A stretch of DNA of 64,000 bases from Polymyxa betae A26-41 (Eukaryota; Protista; Endomyxa: Phytomyxea): NCBI GenBank assembly GCA_003693705.1, contig RBZT01000125.1:372001-436000 (forward strand), written 5' to 3'. The notes under the pieces were generated by a model. That model had not been told where the DNA came from. It ran no database searches and was given only the letters and a program-made list of their open reading frames with translations. Numbering within the stretch: position 1 is the first letter of the stretch; every line of letters begins with the position of its first letter. Below are positions 11,969 through 25,757 of this stretch, piece by piece. The translations under genes were made by a program, and so were the position numbers.

Positions 11969-13919
11969 TTATATCATCTCGAAATATCGATTTCGCTCCC
12001 AATCCGTAACGGATTTGTTAAATGCTTGGTACTCCTTTCGGAAGAAATTGCTGTAATGCTCAACAACATCTTCACCGAAGGCCTTGCGGGCAAAGTCGCT
12101 GTTCTCGAATGTCTCTACCCCAGAGAGTAATGATTTAGGAACCTCTGGAATCTGCTTCGCTTCGTAAATGTTTCCATTGAAACATCTGGGAGGCTCAATT
12201 TGCTGCTTAATACCTTCAAAGCCAGATGCAATTGAGGCGGCGAAGACCAAATAAGGATTGACGTCAGCGCCTTGATAACAGTTCACTACATCTTATAAAA
12301 GAAATCACTTGATCATACCTGGAATTCGGCATTCGATGCGCAGGCTCTTGCCTTTGCCTACCGCGCGGTAGCCAGCAGTTCTGTTATCATACGACCCTGA
12401 ACGCCTAAGTCAGCAATAAAATGAAGTGAACCAAATTGCCTTACAAGCTAGGCGAGTAGGCGCCCATGACGAACTTTGGAATCTTTTGTATGAATTCACA
12501 GTTGGCGCATAGAATGGCATGCAATCAGGAGTGAACTTTAACCAACCTGGTCATCATCATCAAAATCTGAGGCAGATGCTTAACAATATTTCCCAGACCG
12601 CCCAGGAACATTTTGAATTCAGGAGAGCACTTAATGCCATCGAAATCTTCGTCTCCTTGAAAAGCATTGACAGTGTTTTCCTGTTTGTCGTTTTGTTTCC
12701 ATAGACTAAGATGAACGTGACAACCACTGCCGGTGGCATCGGTAAAAGGCTTGGCCATGAATGTCACGCTGCATCCCATTGAGTCGGCAACTTCTTTTAA
12801 GCACTGCTTATAGACCACATGCCGATCGCTCATTGTCTTCGTATTCGAGTTAGCACTGAATAGAGACACAATCTGATGCAGGACACACCAGCGGTTCTGC
12901 ATATTTGACGTTTAACTCGTGCTGGCCGACTCCAGCTTCACCTTTGCTGTTTTCGACTGGAATCCCTGATAAACTGCAAAGTTTTGGTTATTGTGGACTT
13001 TGTGGAACGAACGTTGCGTTTACCGAAGGTGCTTCCTGAAACTGGAAGTCAAATCCTCCTCTCGAGTAGTTTGTAGTATGTGATAATCCTCGACGTGGTT
13101 TGAAACCGGAATAACATGGTTGGGATGATAGCCTAAGCATTAATTTAGTGATGATCATATTATAATAAACTTCGTTACTGTTCTTATTTGCATTAGCATA
13201 GGATGTTCGATATTGGTAATATTCTAATTCTGATCTTGACACTCAAAATCAACAATCTAAAATAGGGTACTTACAAACCTGTGGCTGCAAGCGCTCCAAA
13301 TCCTTTGTTCTTTATGGCATCTAATTGTTTCCGAAGAACAGAACGGGGAGCGTACTGGATCAAATCGTGATTTGCGTTGTTGTAATGAACGTCGCAAATA
13401 ATCATTGCTGTTCGGTCAAGCCATGAGGCAATTCGTAAGCTTGATAAATCCGGTATTAAATGCATATCGCCGTATCCTGAAATCTGTATGAGGCTTGAAA
13501 CAATCAGAGCAAATAAACTCTGGTACCCTTCTCCCAGTTAGCAAACGACATGTCTGGTATCGGGTTCATGCTCATATCGCATGCTAAGAGATAATTGCCT
13601 TTGCAAGCTGCGTCATTTGCCCATCAAGAATCTAAGAGCTGCCTTACAGCAATGCGTCCCATTTGTTAAACAGTCTTCCAGGAAAAATTCAGCATCAAAT
13701 CGTTTGCCCATCAGCCTCCCATATATATCACTAAATCCAACGACAACCGTACGAATATTGTCATCTGTTCCCACATCCATAAATTTCGCAGGTATCCTGA
13801 AACGAGACTCAACTCTTCACAAGCGATTTGAGCTCGTTAACGGTTATATGGCCACGAGGCACGGCCGTCGTTATCAAGCGATGCGCCCCAGCAGCGACAG
13901 ACACCAACCGTCTCAGCAT
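11969..13919 (-). CDS. Glutamine-synthetase-like gamma-glutamyl-amine ligase (bacterial GlnA4/PuuA-type) with mitochondrial-like presequence, multi-exon
   Basis: IRTVVVGFSDIYGRLMGKRF, CNYLLACD, WEKGYGD, ELEYY, ENSKGEAGVGQHE, KPF..GSGCHVHLSL, NSYKRF..SWAP, DNRT, IECRIPGADVNPYL, VTDWERNRYFE. Confidence 0.9.
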
Positions 13920-14257
13920 GATGGAGCAATGGGAAGACAGCAGTATTCAAGAACTGGATAAAGAAGGCGACTACACAGGGTTGCTGCTTTTTTCTTACTT
14001 GGTGTGGGGGGACTCACAGTCGAATGTAATGTTACTTTCCCGTCTCTTTACATTTCACCATTTAATAATGTCATTAGTTTAAAGCGTCTGGGCGTCAAAG
14101 TCACGAAGGAGGTAATGATGCAGCAGATGATCGCTGGGTCCGGCGTCGATTCCATGAATCGCAACCGGACCACATTGTTGCGGAATGCAAATTGTTGCAC
14201 GTTACAGCAGTTGGCAGCCGAAAGAATGCCTGTCCCAGGGCCAAATTTCCTATTGGC

Positions 14258-17200
14258 ATGGCCGTTGCCACTAGCGCCGTCAATGAGCTGTCTTTAGATT
14301 CGGCAAAGCAGCTCCGAAAGTGGTATGCCTATTCACGCGCCCACGAACTCATACCAAGCACGGCTTCTACCATTGCCAATCCAGATACGCCAAATGCATT
14401 CCTATGCTTGCGGTTGGACCGTCTTGAAGGTCTACTATGGCACAACGTGCTGGATACTGATTTCTCAATGATAATTTTATAGGTTTACGAATACCGCGAC
14501 AGGTTACTGAGCGATATGGTGCTGCCGCGACGCTGCAGATCTGCGTCCGTATCTCGTTTTTCCATGAGAGCACACGACGGTTCTTTGGTCGCACGGCAAC
14601 AACGCCAACGGTCGCCTTCGACGCCAGCTCCGATGGGACACTCGTTTTGAACGCCCCATTATATTTCCAAACGAGAATCTGCGACCCAACTGCGTTCGCC
14701 GTCGCTGAGCCCGTTCTCACTATCCTGGAACCTATTGATGGCGCTATAATTGAAAGCGTCGCGTTGGGATTTTGCACGCTAAACATTTTCGGTCGTTCGT
14801 TGTCATCTTTGCCCAGCTTGACCACGATGTCTGCATCTCGATCCCGCTCGTCGTCGTCAAGCTCATCATCAGCTTTGCATCGTCCGTTGTTTCAAGGATC
14901 GGCACGGGCCCTCCTCGTTATCGATCCTGCCGTAAATTGGAAAGATCGTTTAAAAGCAACCCCGGCTCGTCTTGTGTATGATATTCTGGACGCTTCATCG
15001 CTGCGTGATGCTGTGTCACATTTGATCCAAGATAATGAGCTTATCACAACGCAATCAATAGTAGCTGGCTTACCGCAACGTGCATTAGCAACAGTTCTGG
15101 CTCCGCCACCTTCTGCGGTTATTCAAATATCGTCCCCGAAAATTGCCATTCCAGAAGAAATGGAACCTCGTGCGCTACGGCATGTCGACAACCTTCGTCG
15201 TCGTTCCGGTGGCAAAGTCGTCAATCGACGCCTGATTTTGGGCGTTCACAACGGTCGACGATTCATTCATCCTCCAGTCGGATTAGAGCTAATGGCGGCT
15301 CCGAGGAATCAAGCCTTTAATTACGCGTTTGAAGGCACGACAACGTTGTCAGTTCGAGCATCGTTTGACGATCCTCTAATCGTTTTTGTCGTCGAAATTT
15401 TGCTGGAAATTGAATGGCAGACCGATAGCAGCAAGGTGCCTGAACGAGCTGTAATCTGTACTGGATGGACAGCACGACCGATATATTCGACAGAGCTGCC
15501 CGCCAATGACAAAAGGATCAATATGACCTTGCTATCAGTGCCAGGCCGTTCACCGTCAAATATGATGACGTTGGCTTTCAGCGATATTGCCATTTGTATA
15601 GAAGTTGGCATTCAGGATCCGAATCTGAACGCCATGGAACTACCCAGGTTATTAACTGCAGCAGATACTCAAATTGAGAGAGAACAAGATTTCGATCCTA
15701 TCGAGAGAAAGAGCCAGATTGGAGAACAACCACCGAGTTCTCAAGAAAAACAGTCGCCTCCCAGGACAAAACCGCCACCATCTAATTTCCTCAAGCTCGC
15801 AGCTGCACCAGCTGCCATCCTTATTGATGGTGCGATATGTCTAAATCATTTTAAGCTTCTTGCTTATGTGTCTCCAGGGGCATTGCCAAATTATGACATC
15901 TCTCTCGAACTGGAAGTTAACGACCCATTAAAAGCAGCCCGATACCAAGTGCGATCATGGACGTCCAAACATGGATGATTCTACTGATTCTGCATCTTAG
16001 GTCACTATAGAATGGATCGAAAGCATGGGCGCCCAGCCCTTCACCAGCATCGTCATGTTCATGCACATTTTTGGTGAAAAGGCCCTCGTCAGCAACCCAG
16101 TTGAACTCTCAGCAGGTTGGTCTCATTTATTTTTTCCATGCCAGACTGGATTGACGTAACACAGCTAGTGATTTCATTACGGGAAAGTCTTCATTAAGGC
16201 AAAACCTATCAATCAGTCATGCCATCTTCGTTAGAGGGCGCGACCACGATGAGTTTGTCAGCCGGATCTATGAGCAAAATGCAACTTTAGAAGTTTGGGA
16301 CTACAAATCTCAAATGTTAATCGGCCACGCTCGAATGAACTTGCGGCATACTTTACGACAGCGCCAGGTTTCCAGCTAGCGAACTACTATCGCTACCTTT
16401 TCAATATTGTTTGGTAGCCTTCAATTGAAGCGCGCGTAACCGTTAACGTTGAAGACTCCGACGATAACGTTCGTGGTCGTTTGGGGATTATGATTCGTCA
16501 TTTTGGACTTCCAGAAGAGCCTGATTCTGATTATGATGCTGCCATAATAACTCAGCCTCGTTCCCATCATATCCGCCGTGCTTTTGATAAATCATCTGGT
16601 TTGTCAATACTATGTTTTTGTTTCATAATCATATCCATTTGCTTAGAAATAATTGCTTTGAGCTCGAATCTGAATTCATCGCGGTCGGCTCAACCTATGC
16701 GAGTGATTGATCGACATGCGATTCTTGGTGATAAATTGGCTGAATATGGGTGGCACCACTCTGTTGCACAGCATCAAAATCACGTTTATGATTCCTATTC
16801 TGCACATGCCGATCAGCGTGCAAAGCTTCGCCACTTGAAACCAATCGTCAGTTACGTTGGACCTGATATACCGTCTTACTGAACGTTATTAGGTTCGCCC
16901 ACCGCTGTCGCCCTTGAATTCAACGAAAATGGAACGTGGTCTAGCGCTCATCGACGATTTCCGATCGCAAATGAAACAAGAAGGTGTGAAGAGGCTGATG
17001 CACCAGCAATGTCGTAAGATCCGAACCCGATTCGGGGAGGCGGTGCTGTTCCGTGCTCGGCTAAAGAATCCGTATCGTCAAAAGACTCGCTTTATGCTGC
17101 GTCTTCGTAATGTATAGCGATCGTTACCGTAATTTCATTAATAATCTTTTTTGTCATAGCATCCGGATGAAGCCCGTTTAGGAGGGTTACGATTAGTTAC

Positions 17201-19003
17201 CACTGCATCAGAGTTAAGGCATTGTCAGAGCCTTTTTTACGATGCAAACTCCAACGATCGGGAAGCTGATCGGCTTGGCCGTGTAGCGCTGCTGAAGCAT
17301 AAAGGCGATGACAAAGAGTAGGCAGGTGAACTATACCTTGTTAAATGCTCATCTTAATCAGAATTCTGCTGGAGCTGGGTGTCGAAGAATCCATTTTGTT
17401 TTGTTTCTGCTTCCAGCTTTGGGATGCCACCAGCATCCCGGAACCGTATACAGAAAAGGATACGAAATGCCAAAGTCCTTTCGTGGAATTAGTGGGTTTC
17501 TAAAACGGGCATTGGCTGATTGGAATTCATTCGGGATAGGTTGCCCCAGCTACACCAGAACGAAGACAAACATTCAGCAGTGAAATCTCTATTGAGAACG
17601 CCGATAACCATAATTATGTGTCCGGCCTGAAACTTCAAATCGAGCAAGCGCCTTTTTTGGTAAATCAGCAAGCCACAATTATATGTTGTCTGAATTATTT
17701 CATGTAGGTCGATGTTACTTTCCGATTTTACCACTTTAACAATGAGATTTTGAAAGCAAGTCTTCCTCTGAGCAGAGCCTGCGCTGATAGAGACCATCGA
17801 TTGCCTCTTGAGAACCGATTTGCGAACACCAATGGTATCGCTAAGGTGGGGTTCGGTGCGTCTGTCCCTTCGTATCCTTGAGCCAATAATGAAGGTCCGT
17901 TGTACAAACGATGCGGTTGCTTTTGAGTTTAGCAAAAGCGATGATGGATTCGGCGTCTTGAACTTCCGATACGCATGCGGTCAATATCCTGAAGTTGACC
18001 TCTTCTATCTGCTTTTGTATGTGCTTTATGATTGGAGTCTCTGTAGCTGATTTTTGTTCAAGATTTGAGGATGAGTTTTGTTTTTCGCTTCGCTGCATTT
18101 GGAAAGTACTGATTTACTCTCGACGTAAGCATGCCATGCGTGAACTTTATAGGTATGCATGGCTAAGCATATTCATAGCTCGTATCGACGTAAACGCTAT
18201 CGTTGGAGCATCCCAGATAGTGCAAGCATGCTTACCTCCAGTCAACTTAAGGTTGCAGATTAGATTCTTCTTCAGCTGAAAGTAACAGAACTGCAGGAAT
18301 CTCTCTCTCGCTGTCGGGTTTTCATCTGATCCGTCATTGCTTAATTTGGAGCACGGTAGCACTTCTTTCGAACTGGTTTCTAATGCATTGAATCAGGTCT
18401 TTCCTATGCTGTAACGCTCTAGATTTTTCGTTTCACATGGCTTTATAGATTGGACTTCTGGTTCGACCTAATGCTAATCATACCGATGGTGCACATGTTC
18501 TTGTCAATTTACTAGATGCTAGTGATTTTACAGTTGTTTACAGCTGGCTTGTCGAAGTTCATATTACATTTCCGCCAATTTCTACTTCATTCGATGTTGC
18601 ATTATCTCTAGGTTGTATATTGGTTTCCGTTTGTCTGCAGTCAAAACTGACAATGTTCTGAAGGGTCCACTACAAAGAAAAAAATTCGTTATAAAAACGG
18701 ATATAACGAAGATCGGGTATTCAAGTTCGAAAGCAGCAACCCTAGGTATTTGCAAGTAATAACAAATACTGTCAAAATTTCAGCAAACGAAGAGGTTTGG
18801 CATTGATTTTAGCTTCTTAACAATGATTGAACCGTTTCAAGGGTATTTTTGTGTTGTCATTTCCAGCACAGAGCTCTGCTAAAAACGAAATGGTCTACGT
18901 TTTCATTAATGATGCGCAAGATCATAATGAGGAATGTCTATCATTTTCATTAACATATGGGGTTCGCCGCTCAGCGACTGAAGCTAAAAGGATGTCCATA
19001 TAG
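14258..19003 (+). CDS. NPHP4: Nephrocystin-4 (ciliary transition zone protein), many exons
   Basis: N-terminal W..F/Y..LIP; VRISFFHESTRRFFGRT; LGVHNG; LEVNDPLKA; LEVWD..SQMLIG; LKNPY; C-terminal VFIND..DHNEECL. Confidence 0.82.
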
Positions 19004-19134
19004 AGTGCTTTTCTAGTACGTACATCCACTAATAAATAAGATATGAGCAATATAATAGCCCGAGATTAAATCTCAATCAAGAATCCGAAACTTCCTTCGT
19101 GATTTTGTGAAGTCGCCGGTTGCGCAAACAGATA

Positions 19135-20041
19135 ATGAGCGAAGGTGACTTGGCTGGATTTTCCTTTAGCCTTACCGATGACCGAACGGCTACCGACGAA
19201 ACCCTTCACGCTCGAGATGTTCAGCTGGCATACGATGGTCTTAAAATTGCCTGGATCAACGAGCGAGCTGCTCCTGAGATCTTACCGTATCAGGGTCACA
19301 TCGTAGATAAATTGAAGTTCACAATCGATGAAGAGGTGTCTGTCATCAATTCGAAATGATCCTATTCGAGTTACTGATCGTTGATCAGCAAGATCGACTA
19401 ATGGAAGAACAAAGAACCGGTCGAACAGCTGGGTTTCATTCAATATCGGATCAGATCAAGCAATTAGAAATTGATCGAGTTCGCTTTCTCCTTGCTTCCT
19501 ATCTTAGGACGCGGCTGAAAAAAGTAAACCTTTAAACGCTATGCTGACAGTACATTTTGTGACCGAACATCTAGATCGAACGATTCGTAATGAAGATCTT
19601 GCTGACATCACATTATTTCGAGTGTTTATCCGAAGCAGAAAAGGAGTTCGCAAAGCAGTACGAGAAATTTATGTGTTTTAACGCATTCTGTCTAACATGG
19701 AAACAGATACGTTGATTTGCTAGCTCTGCATTTCGAGGATTCGTTTTTAAATGCGATTCCCGAAAGAGTTCGGTCCCTAGACGAGCCAGGTGAAGGAGGA
19801 CCCAATATGAGTATGAGCCATTGTCAGTTCCGTTTGGGTTGCGATGGCTAACTGGTTTGTAGTAGAAGAGCCTATGCTTGATCAACATGTATTTATTCGA
19901 GTCACGAATCCTGTCGGGCCATTTACTGTTCAAAATTCTCAGCAAGAGGATCGAATCAACCTCGAAGCTGAGGATATTGTCTTGGGGCGTTATAGCGCCT
20001 TTAAAGTATTGTTGGAAACAGATCAGGGTCAACTTATATAA
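19135..20041 (+). CDS. GINS4: GINS complex subunit 4 (Sld5)
   Basis: LKIAWINERAAPEILPY; QLEIDRVRFLLASYLRTRLKKIE; LSEAEKEFA; P.LDQHVFIRV..GRYS..K.LLE. Confidence 0.92.
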
Positions 20042-20095
20042 TGATATTTGTATTGTCTCCATGTTTTGTTCTGATCTGAGTAGGCTCTAACTTTA

Positions 20096-21753
20096 TTAGT
20101 AAGTGATAACTCGAGATAATTTCTGAATACGGTTGAGCAAATGATCACCATGCTTAATGACAGACTGATACTGGGCGTTCTTGGCATCAGGTCGGCATGT
20201 GGCAATAATGCCACCGACCTACAAAGCGTTAGCTGATTCATAGCATCACACAAGTTCTGATAACCTTATCAATCTTGCAGTTTAGCCTTCCTGCTGCAAT
20301 ATGTTCTGACAAAGACTTGTCAAGCAATTCTTCCGATATAGAAAAGGTATTTGCCATAGACGCAATCTGCAAAATGTTCGATAATTAGCACGAGCAAAAG
20401 AACCCAGCTCTTATCGTACGGTTATGGAACGATATGACTGCAAGAACTGCCTATAAGCGACAACTCTAAGCTCGCGTAAGATGTAGGCAACATGGCGATG
20501 CAGATATGGGTCTAATTCAACCAAGCGCAATACTGACATCAGCGATGGGAAGAAAGTTTGGTATTCGCACTGTCAATTGTGTGAGTGTTTTGCACAGATA
20601 ATATCATTTCTCAACCTTAAACATAGAAGTCAAAAACAGATGCAAGTCGTCAACGTCGCGAATCACAGCAAGAACATCGGGAGCATTTACCAGCTGTTCA
20701 CGAATTATATTACGAGGCTGGGTTGCAATTAGTTTAGTTGTTCACATCCAACATCTACATAAGGACACACCTGGGTCATCATGGTACAAATGACAGTGTA
20801 AAGAACGAAGCGGCGGTAAGAAAACAGCTCGTAACAAGTAAAGGTCGAAACAGAATCGAGAAGCAATTTCGCTGCTTCGCTGAATTCACGACCAATCAAC
20901 AAGAAGGTCGCATTGTATACTTTAAGGCGATTGCGGCGTTCCCAGTCACCTCCTTTTTCAACCATTCTATTGGTGAACCAATTAGAGTTGTGATGACAAT
21001 CCTGCAACGTACATACGAAGAAGTTTCCTCGATCAGCTTCTTAACGGAAGAGAAGTCGCTCCAGAAAAGCCCCAACCGAATTTGGTCAAACATGAGGTCA
21101 ATCTTCTGACCGCTGCCGACCTATCAAAATTGAATAAACTGGATACACAGCATTGAACGGCTATCTTACCGTTTTGCTCATCGTTTCCTTGTAGCACTCT
21201 TCAGCTTTAGCCTTATCGCCAATGCGTGCATAGAATTCGGCTTTTCGCTAAAAGAAGTTATTATAAGATTTTAAAGAAAGCTCGCATATCATAAAGAGCC
21301 AACCTGAACTGCATCGCGAACTTCGCTTTCCCCCAAACTGTCAACAGCATCTTTGATCTTGGCCTCAATCTCAGCGAGCTCCTGGAATGGATATCAGCGA
21401 CTATAATACCTATTTTGATTATGTTGATTCCAAACATACTTGAGCGTTAATCACATCCAGCTTCTCTTGCAGCCCTGGGGCAGTTTGGAACTTTGAGTCA
21501 TGAGATGTCACGTGTCTTAGGAAAGGGCCCATCTCTTCAAAAACCAAATGAAAATTCGATATGAAGCTTTTAGTGCATACTAACTGTGTTCCTCAATAGC
21601 TGAGAGCAATTTCTTCCTGAGCTCAGTTTTTTGAGCACGGCTGGTGACCGAATCGTCCAGAGCTAGACGGGTCCGAACCTCAAGCAACTCCATCAGCAGT
21701 GCCTGAGATTCCCCTTGCTTCACTTCGTCCTTTTTCAGTTCCCAATCAAACAT
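20096..21753 (-). CDS. PSMD6: 26S proteasome lid subunit RPN7/PSMD6
   Basis: FGESEVRDA; [13 protein letters not shown]; [12 protein letters not shown]; PCI domain; [30 protein letters not shown]. Confidence 0.95.
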
Positions 21754-22157
21754 GACTGTCGCAACTAGAAGTCCCTAAAGCTCGAATAACGACAGAAAGA
21801 TATCAATGAGCTGGATGATGTCGGCGCCTCACTTATACTCAACGAGGTGGGTTGAGGGCGCAACCCTTCAGAGCAGCCTTCTGTCCCCGTTCAGCAACAT
21901 AGTGTAACATTACCGCAACAAAGCTCTTCATGTCCAGTTTGCAAGGAAGGGTCACTCGCTCATTTAATACTACTAAGTCGTATGATTTCTTAAAGCTTGC
22001 TTTAAAGATTTTTTTGCGATGGAGAAAACATCCATGTCGGGATTCGAGCTGTGTCCCGATGTTGGCTTTATAGGTATTAGGAATGCTTCCCTCCTTACGA
22101 TATTCAACACGAGATCGGTTGTCATCTAAAAGCCTGCCGTTTGAAGTTTATTGGCTA

Positions 22158-22999
22158 CTATATTGGAGAGACATACATCCAGTGTTTAGGAGGTTGGTAA
22201 TATCGATGGCAACCCCTTGAATCTCGTCTCGAATTCGCACAGCATGACCAGATACCTTCCGGGCCGAAAGCGCCCGGATGATCATACAGACTCCTGCTTT
22301 CGTTCGCCTGATTTCGCTTTCTCAGCTTGATATGGTCTGCATCTTGAGCAGTTATTGAAGGTAGTGATTCTATATATCTTTCCAGCGCTTCCATTGTATA
22401 ATTAGGCTCACGAACGACAGGTTTTTGGTCTTCTTCTGAGCGCCGTTGTGTCAGTTTTCGTTCTCGCCACTCCTCGATGCTATGCCGTACTTGATCGATC
22501 AACGAACGATAAACAGGCCCAGGTGCGACTCGTTTCAGGGTGGAGACCGGCCACTGCTTGTATTCTGAAGTGGAGAAACTCGTGCTCACTTGCCAGCCAT
22601 GCTTGTGGATGCTTGGCGTTAGAGGCTGTATCGACGCTTGCTTCGTTGATGCCTTTGGAATCCCTGGAAACGTTGCAATTTGACCATCGAGAATTGAAGG
22701 TTTCAGATTTGGTGTTGTATCCCAAGGTGCTCGGATATGGCAGTTGTTTACTAATCCTGTTCTGCATTCAGGATTCCAGGGCGGTCTACGGCTGAGGCCC
22801 TGTTTATCATTTAACGAATTGCCATCCAAAAAAATGGATCAACCTTGGCTGCTCGCCTCAGTTCAGATAACGTTCGTATAACTTCTTCCCTAGCATCCTT
22901 TGCAACATCAGGTACGTCTTCATTAGTGAAAGCCTTTTCCGTTCCGCTGTATGACAATTTGCTATGAATGCTACCGACTTTTGGTCTTCTCTTTGTCAT
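22158..22999 (-). CDS. Hypothetical protein with C-terminal HPG..W.CC..S.GC (Btk-type zinc) motif; probably 2 exons
   Basis: ORFs 22811-22999 and 22158-22829 joined by a plausible GT-AG intron; YDHPGAFGPEGIWSCCANSRRDSRGC. Confidence 0.6.
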
Positions 23000-23143
23000 T
23001 CTTTACAAAAATCTCTTATCATCAACTCGGCATTGATTTAATTCAATCCGAGTACTATCATCGATCATAGAAAAATCTCCAACTATCATTACAAATATAA
23101 CGAGATATAATTCATTTTCTGAGTTTATCTTTGAGTTAGGAAC

Positions 23144-23709
23144 TTAGAATCCCTTGAACTGCTTTTTGGCGGCCTTAGCCTGCTTAGTAGCAGCTCGTTC
23201 AATACGAAGAACGTTGAAGCAGACGGTCTTGGAAAGAGGACGGCACTGGCCGACAGTGACGACATCGCCTTCGCTAACACGGAAGCAAGGAGAGCAATGA
23301 ACCGACATGTTCTTATGACGCTTCTCATAACGGTTGTACTTTCGGACGTAGTGCAGGTAATCACGACGAATGACGATGGTACGCTTCATCTTGGTGGATT
23401 TCACGACACCAGACAAGATACGACCACGAATGGAGACGTTGCCGGTAAACGGGCATTTCTTGTCGATGTAGCCGCCAACCATGGCCTAGACACTAATAAG
23501 AACATGATTGAGGAAGGATGCAGCAGATAGAGATCTACCTCCTTGGGGGTACGGAAGCCCAGACCGACATTCTTGTAGTAATGGGTCCTCTGCTTCTTGT
23601 TCTTCTTGCCCAGAACACGACGAACGCCCTGAAAGATGGTGGGCTGCTTCTGGTAGGCCTTCTCGACCTGCTCGACGTGAGCGGCTGCGGAGGCGACGGC
23701 GGAAGACAT
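23144..23709 (-). CDS. RPS11: 40S ribosomal protein S11 (uS17), one intron
   Basis: [20 protein letters not shown]|[31 protein letters not shown]. Confidence 0.98.
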
Positions 23710-23786
23710 GGCTTCAAAGACGAATTTGTCGATGGAGAATACTCAAGCCGATGTGCGCATTGTAGTCCGCAAATATATTGCAGGTC

Positions 23787-23800
23787 CCCTATATAAACAC
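23787..23800 (-). promoter_or_regulatory. TATA-like element about 80 bp upstream of RPS11
   Basis: Minus strand GTGTTTATATAGGG upstream of a typically highly expressed gene. Confidence 0.4.
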
Positions 23801-24084
23801 CGTCACGGACTTGCCAGAGGAAATTTTCCACATAAAAATCTTGAAAATAAAGCCAATCCGATGCTGAAGTTCCGGCCCGATTACAAATTGAGGACCTCTA
23901 ATGAATAAAGATGTTGCAATATGTTCGGAGATAGGATAAGATAGCGATGCGTTATAGTTCGGCCATTTTGGGGGTTCTGGCATCCAGGTGATTGCTGTGA
24001 CCATCAGTTAAATGGGGTGGTGGTCTCGCCATAGTTACTATTACGTCAGACTTGTTGTTATTTCACATTTAACGACGTCGGGTC

Positions 24085-25579
24085 ATGTGGCTCTATGGCG
24101 TACTATTAGCTTGCTGTGGATCTTTGTTCAGCTGCACGGGGCTTAACCTCCAACGGCTGTCTCAGGTCGTTATCGCCTGCAACATGCAACCCTGCAGAAT
24201 TACAACCCTGTCGTTCAGGTTCGTAATGCGAAACTGCCAATACATCGACAGAAGCGTCCGCATCAGCAGCCTTTGAATATCCTTGGTAAACACCCCCAGA
24301 ACGACAATTTCTTTCTTAATTCGCCTAGGAGTATCCTTCATGGTTCTAGAAGCGTTTTTCGACATGTATCTTGATCATCAGCTTGCATTTCGAAATCGCA
24401 TTGATATATTGCTAGGGCTGCTTATGAGTTCTCATCGAATTCGACTTTGGCGCCGTTCAGCGCTCTAACGCTTACTTTGAATATGGTTCTTGCTCCAGCA
24501 ATCTCAAACGAAAGAATACATCTGCAAGATGTATTCGTGTCTGCTGTTAGTATGGTTGGAAAAGCAGTTTGGACTGGAAATCTAAGCTCTGTGCAGATGG
24601 TCTTTGCGGGAACATCCATAGCTGTCAGGTTCAGCAATCATGAACCGCCAAATCTTGAACTCGCCGCCTTGATCGAAGTCTTGACACGCCCCATAGCACT
24701 CATCTGCTTATCGATTTTTTGCCTTTGGATTGTCCGCTTCTTAATTGCTGTGAAATCCAATTTATTTACATGTATACAGGCACTCCTTTCGATATTTATT
24801 CATGCATGTGATCCATCCAAGACCTTTGAGTACGAATATCGACAGCGTCTGCTTCAGGAGAGCGCACACCTTGAGGTTGGCGCTAATGACGTTTCGATTT
24901 TAACGAAGCTAATGCTATTTTGGCGTTTGTAGCTTAGTCCTGGAGATTCCATGACTGATCAACCTGAGAGGCCCTCTGAGCGTTCATGCCTTCAAAGTCT
25001 ATGGACATGCTCGTTCTTCAGCCTAACTTCAACCAATTGCAAGCTTCGTCTTCATCGATGCGCATTGCCGCTGTTTGCAGGATCAGTTGGTGCATGTACA
25101 GCCCTACTTGCCAAATCGCTCAATGAATTGCTCTACGTAACTTTAGCTGGCGACAATCAGGCATGCAATTTCGCTTTGCCAGCTTGTCATTTCTTAATCA
25201 GCTCCATTTAGTTTCATTATTTCGGGACCTGGATCATAGCTGCTCTATTGATCATCTCTGCATCTACACAGATAAAGTTCCTTAATATCTCCTTGCGCTT
25301 CTACGAGTCGCTTTGGGTAAACATCGCTGTCGAATGATGATATCAAAGTAAACATGTATGCAGGTTGTACCGTTATATTCTTCTTCATATATCCTCATGG
25401 CGTCCTCCTTTACAAGCATGGTGCTTGGTGATCTTGAACGACTAAGGGGATTACATCTTTTAGGATTCTTTCTGGGAATATTGTTGACCTTATCTGGCGT
25501 CTTCATTCTGTTGGTGCGAACTGCTGAGCATAGAGTTGGCCTGGTTTTGGATGATCCCAATGGCAGTACTTACATATAA
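24085..25579 (+). CDS. NIPA-type Mg2+ transporter (DUF803), multi-exon
   Basis: GSLFSCTGLNLQRLS; LAPFSALTLTLNMVLAP..NE; GSVGACTALLAKS; GDNQF; VVPLY. Confidence 0.85.
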
Positions 25580-25757
25580 TTCTCCAATCGACATATTACT
25601 TCAATCTACACTATTTACACTGTATGTCAAACAGACCATCAAACTGAACTTGTGTCTTTGACTTTAGGGCATTTTTCATTTGAGTTGTCGCAATAAGTTT
25701 TATTATCTCGTTCTATGGTCTTATATATTCTTATCTATCTCGACGATGGATGCTGTC

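Noticed and set aside
13917-13923. Apparent overlapping head-to-head start codons (CATGATG) of the GS-like gene and a + strand ORF
   Set aside because: NPHP4 similarity begins only near 14258, and the + ORF 13828-14082 has no support
21808-21878. Hairpin-rich stretch resembling a C/D snoRNA, tRNA-Sec or riboswitch
   Set aside because: Boxes are imperfect and there is no cloverleaf; better explained as the RPN7 promoter with a TATA-like element
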